Assembly (NCBI GenBank): GCA_046760505.1
Contig: JBHIEG010000002.1
Coordinates: 1 to 64,000 of the forward strand
Length of the DNA: 64,000 nucleotides
Direction of reading: 5' to 3'
Source: Candidatus Hydrothermarchaeota archaeon
Lineage (GTDB): Archaea > CAYFZR01
In this document: piece by piece, positions 27,711-37,593 of the stretch
Layout of the letters: each line of letters begins with the position of its first letter
How positions within the stretch are numbered: the first letter of the stretch is position 1
Notes under the pieces: generated by a model
Seen by the model: the letters and a program-made list of their open reading frames with translations, nothing else
Told to the model about the DNA's origin: nothing
Database searches by the model: none
Program-made: the position numbers and the translations under genes

Positions 27711-28697
27711 TTGATGAGATACCTCGGACTTATAATTCTCTGCATTCTATTCGTAATAGGACTTGCAACCTTCTACAAACTACTCGACGCGGTTTTGCTG
27801 GGTGCAGTATTAGCATATATCGTTTACCCGATTAACCTGATATTCTTAAGATTTACTAAATCTAAAGACGTATCGGCTGCATTAACGGTTTTTCTTGCAG
27901 TAATCCCGACGGTTTTAATACTAATGTATGCATTCTATGTCTTCGCCAAAGAAGCCACTGCATTGTTCTCTTCTATGCCTCTCGAAGAGTTTAGGACCAT
28001 CTTGTCTGATTTACTGGCAAAAGTACGTTTGGAACAGTTATCTACAGAAATTGTTCAAGATATTTACAATGTCGTAAGACCTATTATCGTAACTAGTTTT
28101 CAAAGAATCCTTCAGATTCCTACCATAATACTTAAGGCATTCGTAATGGTGGCAAGCACATTCTATTTCATAAGGGATGGATCTAAGATAAAAGAATTAA
28201 TCGTTAATATCACACCGGAGACGATGAAAGATCTTGTAACAGATCTTTTCGATGCGATGGATACCGTATTCCATGGAATGTACATAGGATACTTTTTGAC
28301 TTCTTTGCTCGTAGGAGTTTTCGCGGGTGTTGGTTTCTACATAATGGGCGTCCAATATAGCCTACTACTAGCTACAATCACGGCTATAGCCTCGCTCTTA
28401 CCCGTAATAGGACCTTGGCTCGTTTATGGACCTCTTTTCGTAATTTTCTTTGTGAAGAATAAAATTTTCTTGGCTTTTGTTGTTCTGATATACGGGGTAG
28501 TATTCCTATCTTTAATTCCAGACATATATCTAAGACCCAATTTGGCAGGAAGAGTTGCGAGAGTTCATCCTCTCATTATACTTTTAGGCTTTATCGGGGG
28601 ACCGATGGTATTTGGAATTGTAGGGTTCGTAATTGGTCCGGGAGTTTTGGGCTTGATTAAAGCGGTAGTCGACACCTATACGGAGAGATCTATGTGA
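27711..28697 (+). CDS. AI-2E family transporter
   Basis: LAYIVYP, FYFIRDG, LPVIG, YLRP...VHPLIILLGFIGG. Confidence 0.9.
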   Translation: MMRYLGLIILCILFVIGLATFYKLLDAVLLGAVLAYIVYPINLIFLRFTKSKDVSAALTVFLAVIPTVLILMYAFYVFAKEATALFSSMPLEEFRTILSDLLAKVRLEQLSTEIVQDIYNVVRPIIVTSFQRILQIPTIILKAFVMVASTFYFIRDGSKIKELIVNITPETMKDLVTDLFDAMDTVFHGMYIGYFLTSLLVGVFAGVGFYIMGVQYSLLLATITAIASLLPVIGPWLVYGPLFVIFFVKNKIFLAFVVLIYGVVFLSLIPDIYLRPNLAGRVARVHPLIILLGFIGGPMVFGIVGFVIGPGVLGLIKAVVDTYTERSM

Positions 28698-29725
28698 AAA
28701 GAATACTCCTTATGCTTATTGGCATAACAATCCTAGGTATGTTTATATATTGGGTAGGGGTGGATGAGATAAAGATTGCGGTAGCAAACCTTGAAGTTAA
28801 ATACCTACTCTTGGCTTTGATTCTTCAATTTATGAGCATTTTCTTCTGGCATTTAAGATGGAAATTATCCATAAAAGCCATTGATCGTGAAATAAAGGAT
28901 AGAAACTTATTTTCCATATTGCTCTGCGGAATATTCGTGAACAACATAACACCGAGCGCAAAAATGGGTGGAGAGCCAATGAGAGCATACTTGTTAAAAA
29001 AATCCGCGGGAATACCGATGGAAGAAGGATTAGCCACGGTTGCAATAGAAAGAATCCTCGAGATAATCTCCCTTGTTATAGTATGTTTATTTTCGCTCGT
29101 CATGCTTCTTATCGGATGGAATCTACCAAAAAATGTTTTTTTCTATGTATTAATAACTATATCTATAATACTTTTCTCTTTGATATTGTTCTTCTATTTC
29201 TGTCTTGCTGAGGGAATGGAAATCCATTTAACTGATTTTTTCGCTTCTTTTTTAGGGAAAATTTCTAATTTTCCATTCGTGGGTAAATACTTGAAGTCGA
29301 TTCCTGAGCATAAAATTCTGGAGGCGATCACCGCATTCCAAAAGAGCATCCAGATACTGATGAAAAAAACCGAATTTTTGATTGTAGGTCTCTTTTTAGG
29401 GTTTATGGCAATTTTTCTCGATGTTTTACGTGTTGTGGTGGTGTTCTATGCTCTATCTTCATTGTTCGTTACCCTAAGTCTATCCATGCCCCCTATACAG
29501 GTTATTGTCCTCGTAATGTTGCTCACCTACTTAGTGAGCACACTTCCATTACTTCCAGGAGGAGTAGGAGTCACTGAACCAGTCATGTTTACTCTATACA
29601 TCCTTGTGGGAATCCCCCATTTTATAAGCGCAGCCATCTCGGTAATAGACAGAACAATATCTTACTGGTTTGTCACAGCCATATCCGGCCTATTTTCTTT
29701 AATTGTTGGATTCACCGAATTCTGA
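28694..29725 (+). CDS. UPF0104/lysylphosphatidylglycerol synthase TM (flippase-like) protein
   Basis: LRW, NNITPSAKMGGEP.RAY, ERILE, PGGVGVTE, DRTISYW. Confidence 0.88.
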   Translation: MKRILLMLIGITILGMFIYWVGVDEIKIAVANLEVKYLLLALILQFMSIFFWHLRWKLSIKAIDREIKDRNLFSILLCGIFVNNITPSAKMGGEPMRAYLLKKSAGIPMEEGLATVAIERILEIISLVIVCLFSLVMLLIGWNLPKNVFFYVLITISIILFSLILFFYFCLAEGMEIHLTDFFASFLGKISNFPFVGKYLKSIPEHKILEAITAFQKSIQILMKKTEFLIVGLFLGFMAIFLDVLRVVVVFYALSSLFVTLSLSMPPIQVIVLVMLLTYLVSTLPLLPGGVGVTEPVMFTLYILVGIPHFISAAISVIDRTISYWFVTAISGLFSLIVGFTEF

Positions 29726-31072
29726 TACAAGTTCCTTAACCATGTCCGCATGTTCATACGCCAATTTTTTTGCCTTTTTCTCATCTCTCGATTCAGAAAA
29801 TATTCTTATTATTGGTTCAGTTCCTGATGCTCTAACCAAAACCCAGCTACCATCCGAAAAAATTACCTTCACACCATCTGTTTTATCTAGTGAATCATAT
29901 TCAGGAACAACATTCTCAAATTTTGCCATAACCTCATTTTTAAGATATTCAGGACACCTTGTTTTCAGTTTACAACTGTAATACATGGGAAGTTCTTTGT
30001 TTATCTCAGATAAGGTTTTTTCATATTTGCAGAGTATTTCCACCATCTTAGCAGCGGTTAGTGCACCGTCTCTGCCCCAAACAAGATCTGGGAATATTAC
30101 GCCTCCGTTCTCTTCTCCTCCTATCAAACCGTTACACTCCTTGAGTTTCCTTGAAACATTTGTGTCTCCTATTTTAGTTCTGATGATATCACCATTGTAC
30201 TCATTCACAACGAAGTCAATTAGAGAAGAAGTTCCCACCGTAGTTACAACGATTCCCTTTCCTTTTTTTATTAATTCTTCCTTGGCTATTATTCCTAGGT
30301 TTCTATCTCCAGTTAATACATTTCCATTTTCATCAAGGAAAATTGTTCTGTCGGCATCTCCGTCATGGGCGATTCCAATTAATGCTTCTGTATCAATCAC
30401 GGCTTTTCCCAGATCTCTTAGAGAATCTACTGTTGGTTCTGGATCCCTCCCCGGGAAATGTCCGTCTAATTGAGAGTTTATAGTGATTACTTTGCAGCCC
30501 AGTTCTTTCAATACATAGGGAGTGACCAAGGACCCAACATTGTTTGCACAATCTATAACTACCTTGAGCCCTTTCTTTCGGGTCAAATTTTTATCTATTC
30601 TGGAAATTATTGCCAATTTGTATTTTTCTATAAAACTATCGTCTCTCTCGAGTTTTCCCAAGCAGTCCCAGCTTTTTCTGGGTATATTATCCGAAAAAAA
30701 CATTTCTTCTATCTTTTTTTCATTTTCTTTAGGTATGCCGATTCCATTTTCATCGAGAAATTTTATTCCATTGTACTCCGGAGGATTGTGAGAAGCAGTG
30801 ATCATAACTCCTCCTCTCGCACTGCTATTCCTTATTGCATACTGAAGTCCTGGTGTGGGTATTAGACCCAGATCTATTGCTTTACATCCAACAGAAATTA
30901 ATCCTGCCACGACAGAATGAAATAGCATATCGCTAGATGTCCTAGCATCACGACCAACCATTATGGGACCTCTATAGAGATTGCAAAAGCAAGAGGATAC
31001 CTTAAATGCAAGTTCGGGAATAAGATCTTGGTTTGCAACGCCTCTTATCCCAAATGTACCAAACAGCTTCAT
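29699..31072 (-). CDS. glmM: Phosphoglucosamine mutase / phosphomannomutase
   Basis: LFGTFGIRG, TASHNP, DGDADR, GGEENGG, VRASGTEP. Confidence 0.88.
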   Translation of the reverse strand: MKLFGTFGIRGVANQDLIPELAFKVSSCFCNLYRGPIMVGRDARTSSDMLFHSVVAGLISVGCKAIDLGLIPTPGLQYAIRNSSARGGVMITASHNPPEYNGIKFLDENGIGIPKENEKKIEEMFFSDNIPRKSWDCLGKLERDDSFIEKYKLAIISRIDKNLTRKKGLKVVIDCANNVGSLVTPYVLKELGCKVITINSQLDGHFPGRDPEPTVDSLRDLGKAVIDTEALIGIAHDGDADRTIFLDENGNVLTGDRNLGIIAKEELIKKGKGIVVTTVGTSSLIDFVVNEYNGDIIRTKIGDTNVSRKLKECNGLIGGEENGGVIFPDLVWGRDGALTAAKMVEILCKYEKTLSEINKELPMYYSCKLKTRCPEYLKNEVMAKFENVVPEYDSLDKTDGVKVIFSDGSWVLVRASGTEPIIRIFSESRDEKKAKKLAYEHADMVKELVSEFGESNN

Positions 31073-31118
31073 GAACAAAAAATCTTTTTATTAGATTAAA
31101 AAATTTTGTCTGGTGAAT

Positions 31119-32069
31119 ATGATAGAAATCCTGGTCGCTCTCTTGTTGTCCTTTGGGATCACGTATATTTTGGTACCCGGTCTTATTCCAAGGCTGAAAA
31201 AGAGGGGGATCGTTGGAAAAGACGTTCATAAGAAAGAAAAACCTGATATTCCAGAGATGGGTGGATTATCTGTAATAGTCGGTCTGATATGCGGAATTTC
31301 TCTTATCTACTTATTTTATCATGATGACAGAATTCTCATCGCAACTCTTTCAATATTGATGCTATCCCTAGTTGGAATAATGGACGACCTGATTGGTTTG
31401 AAACACGTGCAAAAGGTTTTGCTGGCATGCATAGCCGGAATCCCCATTGTAGCCCTGAAGCCAGTTCAGACGGTAATTATTTTCCCGATATTCGGTGCTG
31501 TTGACTTCTTCTCATTTTATTGGATAATGGTTTTTTTAGGAGTGACTGCTGCCTCGAATGCAACAAATATGCTAGCAGGCTTTAATGGACTTGAAGCAGG
31601 AATGGGTGCTATATCTGCCTTTACTCTATTTCTGTGTTCCTTACTGCTAGGATCTAAAGTCGCGAGTTTAGTTTCAATTTCATTGTTTGGAAGTCTAATT
31701 GCCTTTCTTTATTACAACAAGTATCCGAGCAAAATATTCCCTGGAGATAGCTGTACCCTAACGATAGGGGGCACGATAGCAATCGCATCAATACTAGGAA
31801 AGTTAGAGTTTATTGGAGCCTTGTGTTTGTTACCTGCGATAATTGATTTTCTTATGAAAGCCACAATTGGCTTCAAGGGAAAATCTAAATATGGTTCGAG
31901 CACATTGAGAGAAGACAATACGATAGAACCCTCTAAATTCCCATCAATAATTCATATTCCTCTCAATATGTTTAGACTCACCGAAAAAGAATTAGTTAAT
32001 CAGCTCTATATTTTACAAATATTCAATGGAATAATGACCTTAGCAATAGCCATTTTATTCTTGAGGTGA
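31119..32069 (+). CDS. MraY/GPT family polyprenyl-phosphate GlcNAc-1-phosphate transferase (AglH-like)
   Basis: GKDVHK, PEMGG, GIMDD, NATNMLAGFNGLE, IFPGD. Confidence 0.9.
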   Translation: MIEILVALLLSFGITYILVPGLIPRLKKRGIVGKDVHKKEKPDIPEMGGLSVIVGLICGISLIYLFYHDDRILIATLSILMLSLVGIMDDLIGLKHVQKVLLACIAGIPIVALKPVQTVIIFPIFGAVDFFSFYWIMVFLGVTAASNATNMLAGFNGLEAGMGAISAFTLFLCSLLLGSKVASLVSISLFGSLIAFLYYNKYPSKIFPGDSCTLTIGGTIAIASILGKLEFIGALCLLPAIIDFLMKATIGFKGKSKYGSSTLREDNTIEPSKFPSIIHIPLNMFRLTEKELVNQLYILQIFNGIMTLAIAILFLR

Positions 32070-32073
32070 TTCC

Positions 32074-33387
32074 TTGAGGGTTTTATGTGTAATAGGAAGC
32101 AGACCAGAAATAATAAAGATGGCCCCGGTGATTGAGGAGTTCGTGGAGGAGGAATTATGGATAATACACACAGGTCAGCACTACGACTATCTTATGTCCA
32201 TGAGTTTCATAGAGGAACTGGGATTGCCAGGCATAGACAAAAACCTCGAGGTCGGATCTGGTACGCATGCATACCAGACTTCGAGTATGATCATTGGCTT
32301 AGAAAGAATTTTCAATGAATTTAAGCCTGATGTCGTAATCGCTGAGGGGGATACAAACAGCGTTGTAGCAACCTCCCTTACTTGCTCCAAGTTGCTGTTA
32401 CCCTTTGCTCACGTAGAGTCCGGATTGAGATCTTTTGATATGACCATGCCCGAGGAAGTAAATAGAATCCTGGCTGATCACTGCTCTGAGCTCCTTTTTG
32501 CTCCCACTGAAATATCTGCGCTAAATTTGATTGATGAGAACGTATCTCCCAGTAAGATATTCATAACTGGGAATACTATCGTGGATGCATGTAAAAAAAA
32601 CCTATCTCTTGCCCTAAAAAAGCGAACATACGATAATTTAGATTTGGATGATTTTATACTCATGACACTGCATAGAGCAGAAAATGTTGACGACAAAGAA
32701 AGATTGAAAGAGGCAATAGAAGGTTTAAAATCAATAGATTGCGAAATAGTTTTTCCAGTACATCCAAGAACAGAAAAAAGACTGAAAGAATTTAATTTGT
32801 ACAAAGATTTAGTTGATTCAAATATCACAATGATAAAACCCTTAGGATATCTTGATTTTTTGAATTTGCTCTATCATTGCAAGTTTGTTATGACCGATTC
32901 AGGAGGAATACAAGAAGAAGCGATTATTCTCAAAAAACCCTGCCTCACATTGAGAGAGAATACAGAAAGACCTGAAACCGTAATGCTCGGAGCAAATATA
33001 CTGGTGGGAATTGATAAAGAAAGAATGAAAAAATATGCGAATTTACTTCTAGACAGTGAAGAATTCTATAAAAAAATGACAAATGTAGAGAATCCATATG
33101 GAGATGGAACCTCAGGAGAAAAAATAGCAAAAATCATAAGAGAAAAATTTGAGAAGGGAGAATTAAAAATAAAAAGACCTGATTTTAGGGATGAATTGCC
33201 CTTCCGAAAATTTATGAAATTGGGAGATAGACACGATAACAAAAGCGTTGAAGAAATTGAAGAGGAAGAGAATATAGAAATTATGCTTATCATAGACGAA
33301 GCTGGTGTTAAATATTTCCCAAGAAAGGATTTTATTTTAAAAAGAGGAAGTATCGTGGATTACAGGAGAAGGTGGAAAATTTGTTAG
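32074..33387 (+). CDS. wecB: UDP-N-acetylglucosamine 2-epimerase with C-terminal extension
   Basis: GSRPEIIKMAP, HTGQHYD, HVESGLRS, TDSGGIQEE, NPYGDG. Confidence 0.93.
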   Translation: MRVLCVIGSRPEIIKMAPVIEEFVEEELWIIHTGQHYDYLMSMSFIEELGLPGIDKNLEVGSGTHAYQTSSMIIGLERIFNEFKPDVVIAEGDTNSVVATSLTCSKLLLPFAHVESGLRSFDMTMPEEVNRILADHCSELLFAPTEISALNLIDENVSPSKIFITGNTIVDACKKNLSLALKKRTYDNLDLDDFILMTLHRAENVDDKERLKEAIEGLKSIDCEIVFPVHPRTEKRLKEFNLYKDLVDSNITMIKPLGYLDFLNLLYHCKFVMTDSGGIQEEAIILKKPCLTLRENTERPETVMLGANILVGIDKERMKKYANLLLDSEEFYKKMTNVENPYGDGTSGEKIAKIIREKFEKGELKIKRPDFRDELPFRKFMKLGDRHDNKSVEEIEEEENIEIMLIIDEAGVKYFPRKDFILKRGSIVDYRRRWKIC

Positions 33388-33626
33388 GCTTAAGGTCAAA
33401 GAAAGAGATTTTCAGGTTCTTAATGTTTCTATTTTTCTTTTCCTTGATCCTTATTAGCTTGCTGCTCATGTTATTTTTGGGAAAATTTTTACTTGCAGGC
33501 AGGCTAAAGGTTACATTTGTCCAGCCATGGATTTTGAAGAGATTGATTGCGAGTATTGTACTAATATTATGGGCTTCTTTCTGGATTTTTTTGTTTAGAA
33601 CACTGGTATATCTAGATATTCTTTAA
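33372..33626 (+). CDS. Small 2-TM membrane protein
   Basis: Two hydrophobic segments; overlaps the wecB stop. Confidence 0.5.
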   Translation: MENLLGLRSKKEIFRFLMFLFFFSLILISLLLMLFLGKFLLAGRLKVTFVQPWILKRLIASIVLILWASFWIFLFRTLVYLDIL

Positions 33627-35015
33627 CTATGTTTTCTCAACAAGATTTTTGCCATATTTTAGAAGTGCTTTCAGTTCATCTCTGTCATTAGATTCAGCAT
33701 ATATCCTGAACAATGGCTCTGTTCCTGATGGTCTAAGCAAAAGCCAAGCATCATCTAGTATAATCTTCAATCCGTCGATCGTATTTATTTCCCTTACATT
33801 TTTCCCAAGGATTTTATCGGGTTTTTCGGCCAGGATTTTACTTATTAAATCAATTTTTTCTTTTTCTTCACAGTAAACACCTATTCTTTCACTGTAGATT
33901 TCACCGTAGATTTCGGTTAGGGAAGCGTAAATTTCAGAGAGAAAACCCTTTTCAGCGACCATGTTTGCCACGAGGAGAGATGCAAGGATTCCATCCTTTT
34001 CTGGAATATGTCCTCCGATGCTGAATCCTCCACTTTCCTCACAGCCAATCAAAACGTCTTTTTCCCTAAATAATTCTCCGACGTACTTAAATCCAACAGG
34101 CGTTTCGTAAACCTTTAAATTAAAGTTTTGCGCTATCCTATCAAGCATGTGCGTGGTAGCAATCGTTCTTACCACCGCGCCTTTTTTTCCTTTTTCTGCT
34201 AGATATTCCAAGAGCATGGAGAAGATTTGATTGGGGTTGTAAAACCTTCCGTTCTCGTCTACCACTCCCAATCTATCTGCGTCTCCATCTGTTGCCACTC
34301 CTATGATTGCACCAGTTTTTTTAACACACTCTACCAGATCTTTTAGATTTTCCGGGTCCGGGTCTGGTGTTAAACCACCAAAGTTTGGATCCACTTCATC
34401 GTGAATTGTATAGACCTCGCAATTCAGATCACTCAATATTGTGTTTATGTATCCATTTCCAGTTCCGTAGAGAGGATCGTAACAGACCTTGATGTTTAAG
34501 TTTTGATCCAAAAATTTTTTAACGTGCTTTATATATTCAATACTCGGGTCAACAAACTCTAAAAGATCTTCTTTCTCTAAATTTTCGAAATTTAATGATT
34601 TTATACTTTTTAAATTAAATATCTCATCTTCTATCTTATCTGTTATGTCTTTTGTAGCTGGTCCCGCATACTCAGGGATGAACTTTATTCCATTATATTC
34701 AGGAGGATTATGAGAGGCAGTGATCATAATCGCCCCGCATGCCCTTCTTACCCTTATGTAGAAAGCGGTTACAGGAGTGGGACAATTTCTCTGTGGAAAA
34801 AAAGATTTTATTCCATTCCCTCCAAATATTTCAGCACATCTCTTAGCAAAAGAATCAGAATTTTTCCTTGTATCATATCCTATGAATATTCCTCTATCTT
34901 CAATTCCTCTGTCTATTATATAGTTTGAGATTGCCTGACAAACTATCGATACATTTTCCAACGTAAAGGACTCATCCATTCTGGCTCTCCATCCATCCGT
35001 ACCAAAGGATATCAT
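33627..35015 (-). CDS. Phosphoglucomutase/phosphomannomutase
   Basis: FGTDGWR, TASHNP, DGDADR, VGFKY, EESGG, RPSGTEP. Confidence 0.92.
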   Translation of the reverse strand: MISFGTDGWRARMDESFTLENVSIVCQAISNYIIDRGIEDRGIFIGYDTRKNSDSFAKRCAEIFGGNGIKSFFPQRNCPTPVTAFYIRVRRACGAIMITASHNPPEYNGIKFIPEYAGPATKDITDKIEDEIFNLKSIKSLNFENLEKEDLLEFVDPSIEYIKHVKKFLDQNLNIKVCYDPLYGTGNGYINTILSDLNCEVYTIHDEVDPNFGGLTPDPDPENLKDLVECVKKTGAIIGVATDGDADRLGVVDENGRFYNPNQIFSMLLEYLAEKGKKGAVVRTIATTHMLDRIAQNFNLKVYETPVGFKYVGELFREKDVLIGCEESGGFSIGGHIPEKDGILASLLVANMVAEKGFLSEIYASLTEIYGEIYSERIGVYCEEKEKIDLISKILAEKPDKILGKNVREINTIDGLKIILDDAWLLLRPSGTEPLFRIYAESNDRDELKALLKYGKNLVEKT

Positions 35016-35134
35016 GAGATCAACTCCGAACTAAAATCATACATCTGAAGGTATCCACAAAGAGCATACTACTAATCGCATAATTTTTTTGATATAATTT
35101 TTATGCGAAATCTGTTAGCGTGAAATCAAATAAA

Positions 35135-35968
35135 TTAAACCAGCCCTAATTCTTGAGATATCCTTGATGTGGGTTTCTCAAGGATTTCCATGATTCTTTC
35201 AGAATTTTTTATTTCTGCAGAGTCGGCTGGTGGGATGATAAAAGTATCCTGAGGTTTCAATATGTTTATTAGGTCAGATACTCTTGCAATTTTTATCTGA
35301 GAAATTAACTCGATTGCATCCATGAAATCATCTGGATCATAGAGGAGAAGTCTGTTTGGTGCAGCTATTATAACAATACCCGGCTCGATAACTGGGGAAG
35401 TGTAAACAAAATTCTGTAAACCCTCTATCATGATTATATCGTATTTCTTCCTTAGAGCCTCGTGAGAGCTTTTAATTGCTTTTGTATACATACCTATATG
35501 TTCCTCTAACCCGAACTGGTCTCTCACCTCAACTTTCTCGTCCATTGGAGAAAAGAATTTTTCCACCAAATTTTCTGGAATGATTGAGAGATGTCTCTCC
35601 TGATTGAGAAATATGGTTGTCTTTTTGGAGATTGTAACCCTATCTATTACGAAGATATCCTCTGAATTTTTCATGGGAGCCTTAAAGATATCCAGTGGAG
35701 ACCACAATCTATGTATCGGATTAATCAACTGGATTGACTCGTTGGCATTAATAGTATCAACAAGGGTTTCTGCATCTTTGCTGTACAGAAGCCTTTTTTT
35801 AAGGCATTTTTTTGTATGCTCATAGTGATACCAGTAATTGTGACCAGATCTCGGTTTGAAGACTATGAAGTTTACTCCTTTTTTCTTTAAATTTAATGCT
35901 ATTCCCCTTGCGATGGTAGTTTTTCCGGAATCTTTGGGTTCTGTTCCAAGGATGATTATGTCGGTCAT
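35135..35968 (-). CDS. Archaeal P-loop ATPase/GTPase (COG4028-like, BioD-like fold)
   Basis: DSGKTT Walker A; FKPRSGHNYWY; INPIHRLW; IMIEG. Confidence 0.75.
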   Translation of the reverse strand: MTDIIILGTEPKDSGKTTIARGIALNLKKKGVNFIVFKPRSGHNYWYHYEHTKKCLKKRLLYSKDAETLVDTINANESIQLINPIHRLWSPLDIFKAPMKNSEDIFVIDRVTISKKTTIFLNQERHLSIIPENLVEKFFSPMDEKVEVRDQFGLEEHIGMYTKAIKSSHEALRKKYDIIMIEGLQNFVYTSPVIEPGIVIIAAPNRLLLYDPDDFMDAIELISQIKIARVSDLINILKPQDTFIIPPADSAEIKNSERIMEILEKPTSRISQELGLV

Positions 35969-36084
35969 TTCGATCACCTTACTGGGGGTACTTTTAAGAT
36001 CGGTAAAAGATAAGAATAAATATCTGCTTTACTTTATTACCCTATGGTATACTTCATGGGAAATGGTCTACCAGAACCATGAGG

Positions 36085-36159
36085 GCGGTCGTAGTCTAGT
36101 GGTCAGGACATAGGCCTCCCAAGCCTAAAGCCCGGGTTCGAATCCCGGCGGCCGCGCCA
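36085..36159 (+). tRNA. tRNA-Gly(CCC), CCA encoded
   Basis: TAGGC-CTCCCAA-GCCTA; TTCGAAT; acceptor GCGGTCG/CGGCCGC. Confidence 0.95.
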
Positions 36160-36227
36160 TGCTCTGAACAATAATTTTTTCGATAATGATATATTGAAGC
36201 TCCTACTTAATCTCTCTGGGAAAAATC

Positions 36228-36596
36228 ATGAAAGGAAAAAAGATCCTATTCTGCCTGATGGTATTTTTGCTCCTCCTTTCTATGGCTTCGGGTACTGTAT
36301 ATCAGAGAGTAGGGGTAAAAAAACCAATCGTTAAGTTAGACACCGAAGTCACTTCGGAAAACAAGGCGAACTATAACTTGATTTTAGTTGGAGGTCCAAA
36401 TGTAAATTCGCTCGTAAGAGAATTGGATGAGGCAGGCAAAATACCAGTAGATATTGCAGCAGCTCCATCAGGCGAAGGATTTCTCATACTTCTAGAGGAT
36501 CCATGGGGAACAGGCATGAACGTCTTGATAGTCGCGGGACCTGATAGGGAAGGAACAAGAAAGGCGATGCTTGAATTATTCGACCTGTTGCGATAA
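36228..36596 (+). CDS. Small secreted protein consisting of an S-layer C-terminal domain
   Basis: Signal peptide, then LDTE...NLILVGGPNVN...GEG...VLIVAGPDREGTR. Confidence 0.8.
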   Translation: MKGKKILFCLMVFLLLLSMASGTVYQRVGVKKPIVKLDTEVTSENKANYNLILVGGPNVNSLVRELDEAGKIPVDIAAAPSGEGFLILLEDPWGTGMNVLIVAGPDREGTRKAMLELFDLLR

Positions 36597-36692
36597 TCAA
36601 ACCATACTGACATTCACTCTTAAATCTTGCCAATATGGCCTAGGTTTTTTCCGACGGTAAAATTATCATTCAAAAAATAAACTGTTTTTATC

Positions 36693-37352
36693 ATGAAGAA
36701 GAAAATCTTCATAACTATTAGTGTAGGATTTTTACTTGGACTACTCCTTGCATTAACAGGAAAAGATCTTTCTCGCATACTTGCATACAAGATTTACTTC
36801 TTAGAAAGACTCTTCTCATTTGTAGATTCAGAAAAAAAACGTGATCTTATTATAATAGAAACATCCAATATTCTATCCTGTTTTATCATCGTTTGGGGCG
36901 GGATTGTCTTATCCAAACTCGAATTCTCTGTGTATACGGGATTAGGAAGCGAGAAATATCAAAAATTGGATAAACCGTGGGATATATTTTACAGAGCCCT
37001 TTCCAAGATGGACGAAAAATTCAAGACTCCTTCTCCTGTGCGATCCTGCAATCTTTATATCAGCATAATTCCGTTGTTGGGTTTATTCTACAATGCTCTT
37101 ATCTTCTTTTACTTTGAGACAAATTATTATATGACTCATGAAGATCTCCTGATAAGTCTTGCAATGCCCTTTGAGTTTTTGTTTTTAATTTTTTCATGTT
37201 TCCTTGGTTTAAGTTTAGAAAAACATGTTGAAATTAAAGAAAGGTCCATTTCGACTAGAATTCCCTGGAAGTTCTATATTTTATTCCTTTTCGTCATTTT
37301 AAATTTTTTACTTATTGGTTATATTGAGTTGTATTATATTTACGGTCGATAG
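36693..37352 (+). CDS. Hypothetical membrane protein
   Basis: 219 aa ORF with about 5 hydrophobic segments. Confidence 0.6.
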   Translation: MKKKIFITISVGFLLGLLLALTGKDLSRILAYKIYFLERLFSFVDSEKKRDLIIIETSNILSCFIIVWGGIVLSKLEFSVYTGLGSEKYQKLDKPWDIFYRALSKMDEKFKTPSPVRSCNLYISIIPLLGLFYNALIFFYFETNYYMTHEDLLISLAMPFEFLFLIFSCFLGLSLEKHVEIKERSISTRIPWKFYILFLFVILNFLLIGYIELYYIYGR

Positions 37353-37407
37353 AGCAAAAAAAATTTAAATAAATAAAAATAGGAGGCTCTACATGGAGGG
37401 GTAGTAC

Positions 37408-37587
37408 ATGCCGGTGAGGATTATTGTTGAAGAGTGTATAGGTTGCGGCGCATGCGTGGATGTATGCGAACAATATGTTCTAGAAATGGAAGACGATGTA
37501 GCTGTTGTAGCAAATCCAGAAGACTGCATAGACTGCTACATGTGTGTTGACGAATGTCCAAATGAATGTATTGAAATAGAAGAGTGA
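37408..37587 (+). CDS. 2[4Fe-4S] ferredoxin (not in ORF track)
   Basis: Hand translation MPVRIIVEECIGCGACVDVCEQYVLEMEDDVAVVANPEDCIDCYMCVDECPNECIEIEE; SD GGAGGG. Confidence 0.92.
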   Translation: MPVRIIVEECIGCGACVDVCEQYVLEMEDDVAVVANPEDCIDCYMCVDECPNECIEIEE

Positions 37588-37593
37588 TCTACA

